From Octopus bimaculoides (Eukaryota), in contig NC_068991.1 of assembly GCF_001194135.2 (NCBI RefSeq), forward strand, positions 2,508,277 through 2,542,819: DNA of 34,543 nt, given 5' to 3'. The notes under the pieces are model-generated. The model was not told the DNA's origin. It saw only the letters and a list, made by a program, of their open reading frames with translations, and did not search any database. Shown here one piece after another: positions 34,462 to 34,543 of this stretch. Within the stretch, counting starts at the first letter, position 1. Each line of letters begins with the position of its first letter. Position numbers and translations under genes: made by a program.

Positions 34462-34543
34462 TCCCACACAACTGCTTGACAATAATGCTAGTGTGTTTAC
34501 GTTCCCGTAACTTAGCAGTTCGGCAAAGTGGGGTGATAGAATA
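34160..34543 (+). mobile_element. SINE family B, running off the window end
   Basis: Head at 34163-34304 (..GTGAGTGGATTTGGCAGACGGAAACTGAAAGAAGCC), internal TG repeat, 3' body from 34455. Confidence 0.85.

Overview
This is eukaryotic, AT-rich and microsatellite-saturated DNA. The repeat families and the N-gaps flanked by (TA)n point to an Octopus (coleoid cephalopod) short-read assembly; that is my inference, not a database result. Most of the window looks intronic or intergenic. It contains many tRNA-headed SINE copies (families I call A, B and C), about 12 copies of an unclassified repeat with a (CAA/TAC/CAC)n tail (family D), two mariner-derived MITE pieces, decayed Tx1/L1-clade and RTE-clade LINE fragments, a Penelope-like terminus, a hAT-like end, two minisatellites and nine assembly gaps. 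Nearly all ORFs in the supplied track are artefacts of simple repeats or N-runs. The one reasonably supported coding feature is a probable first coding exon at 12467-12820 (+), of an unidentified gene. The most interesting signals are hammerhead-ribozyme-like cores at 781-816 and inside the Penelope-like element (18443-18723), inverted SINE pairs that could form dsRNA, and a strong orientation bias in family D. I found no CRISPR array, rRNA, intact tRNA or prokaryote-type system. Repeat boundaries were judged by eye (about +/-20 bp).
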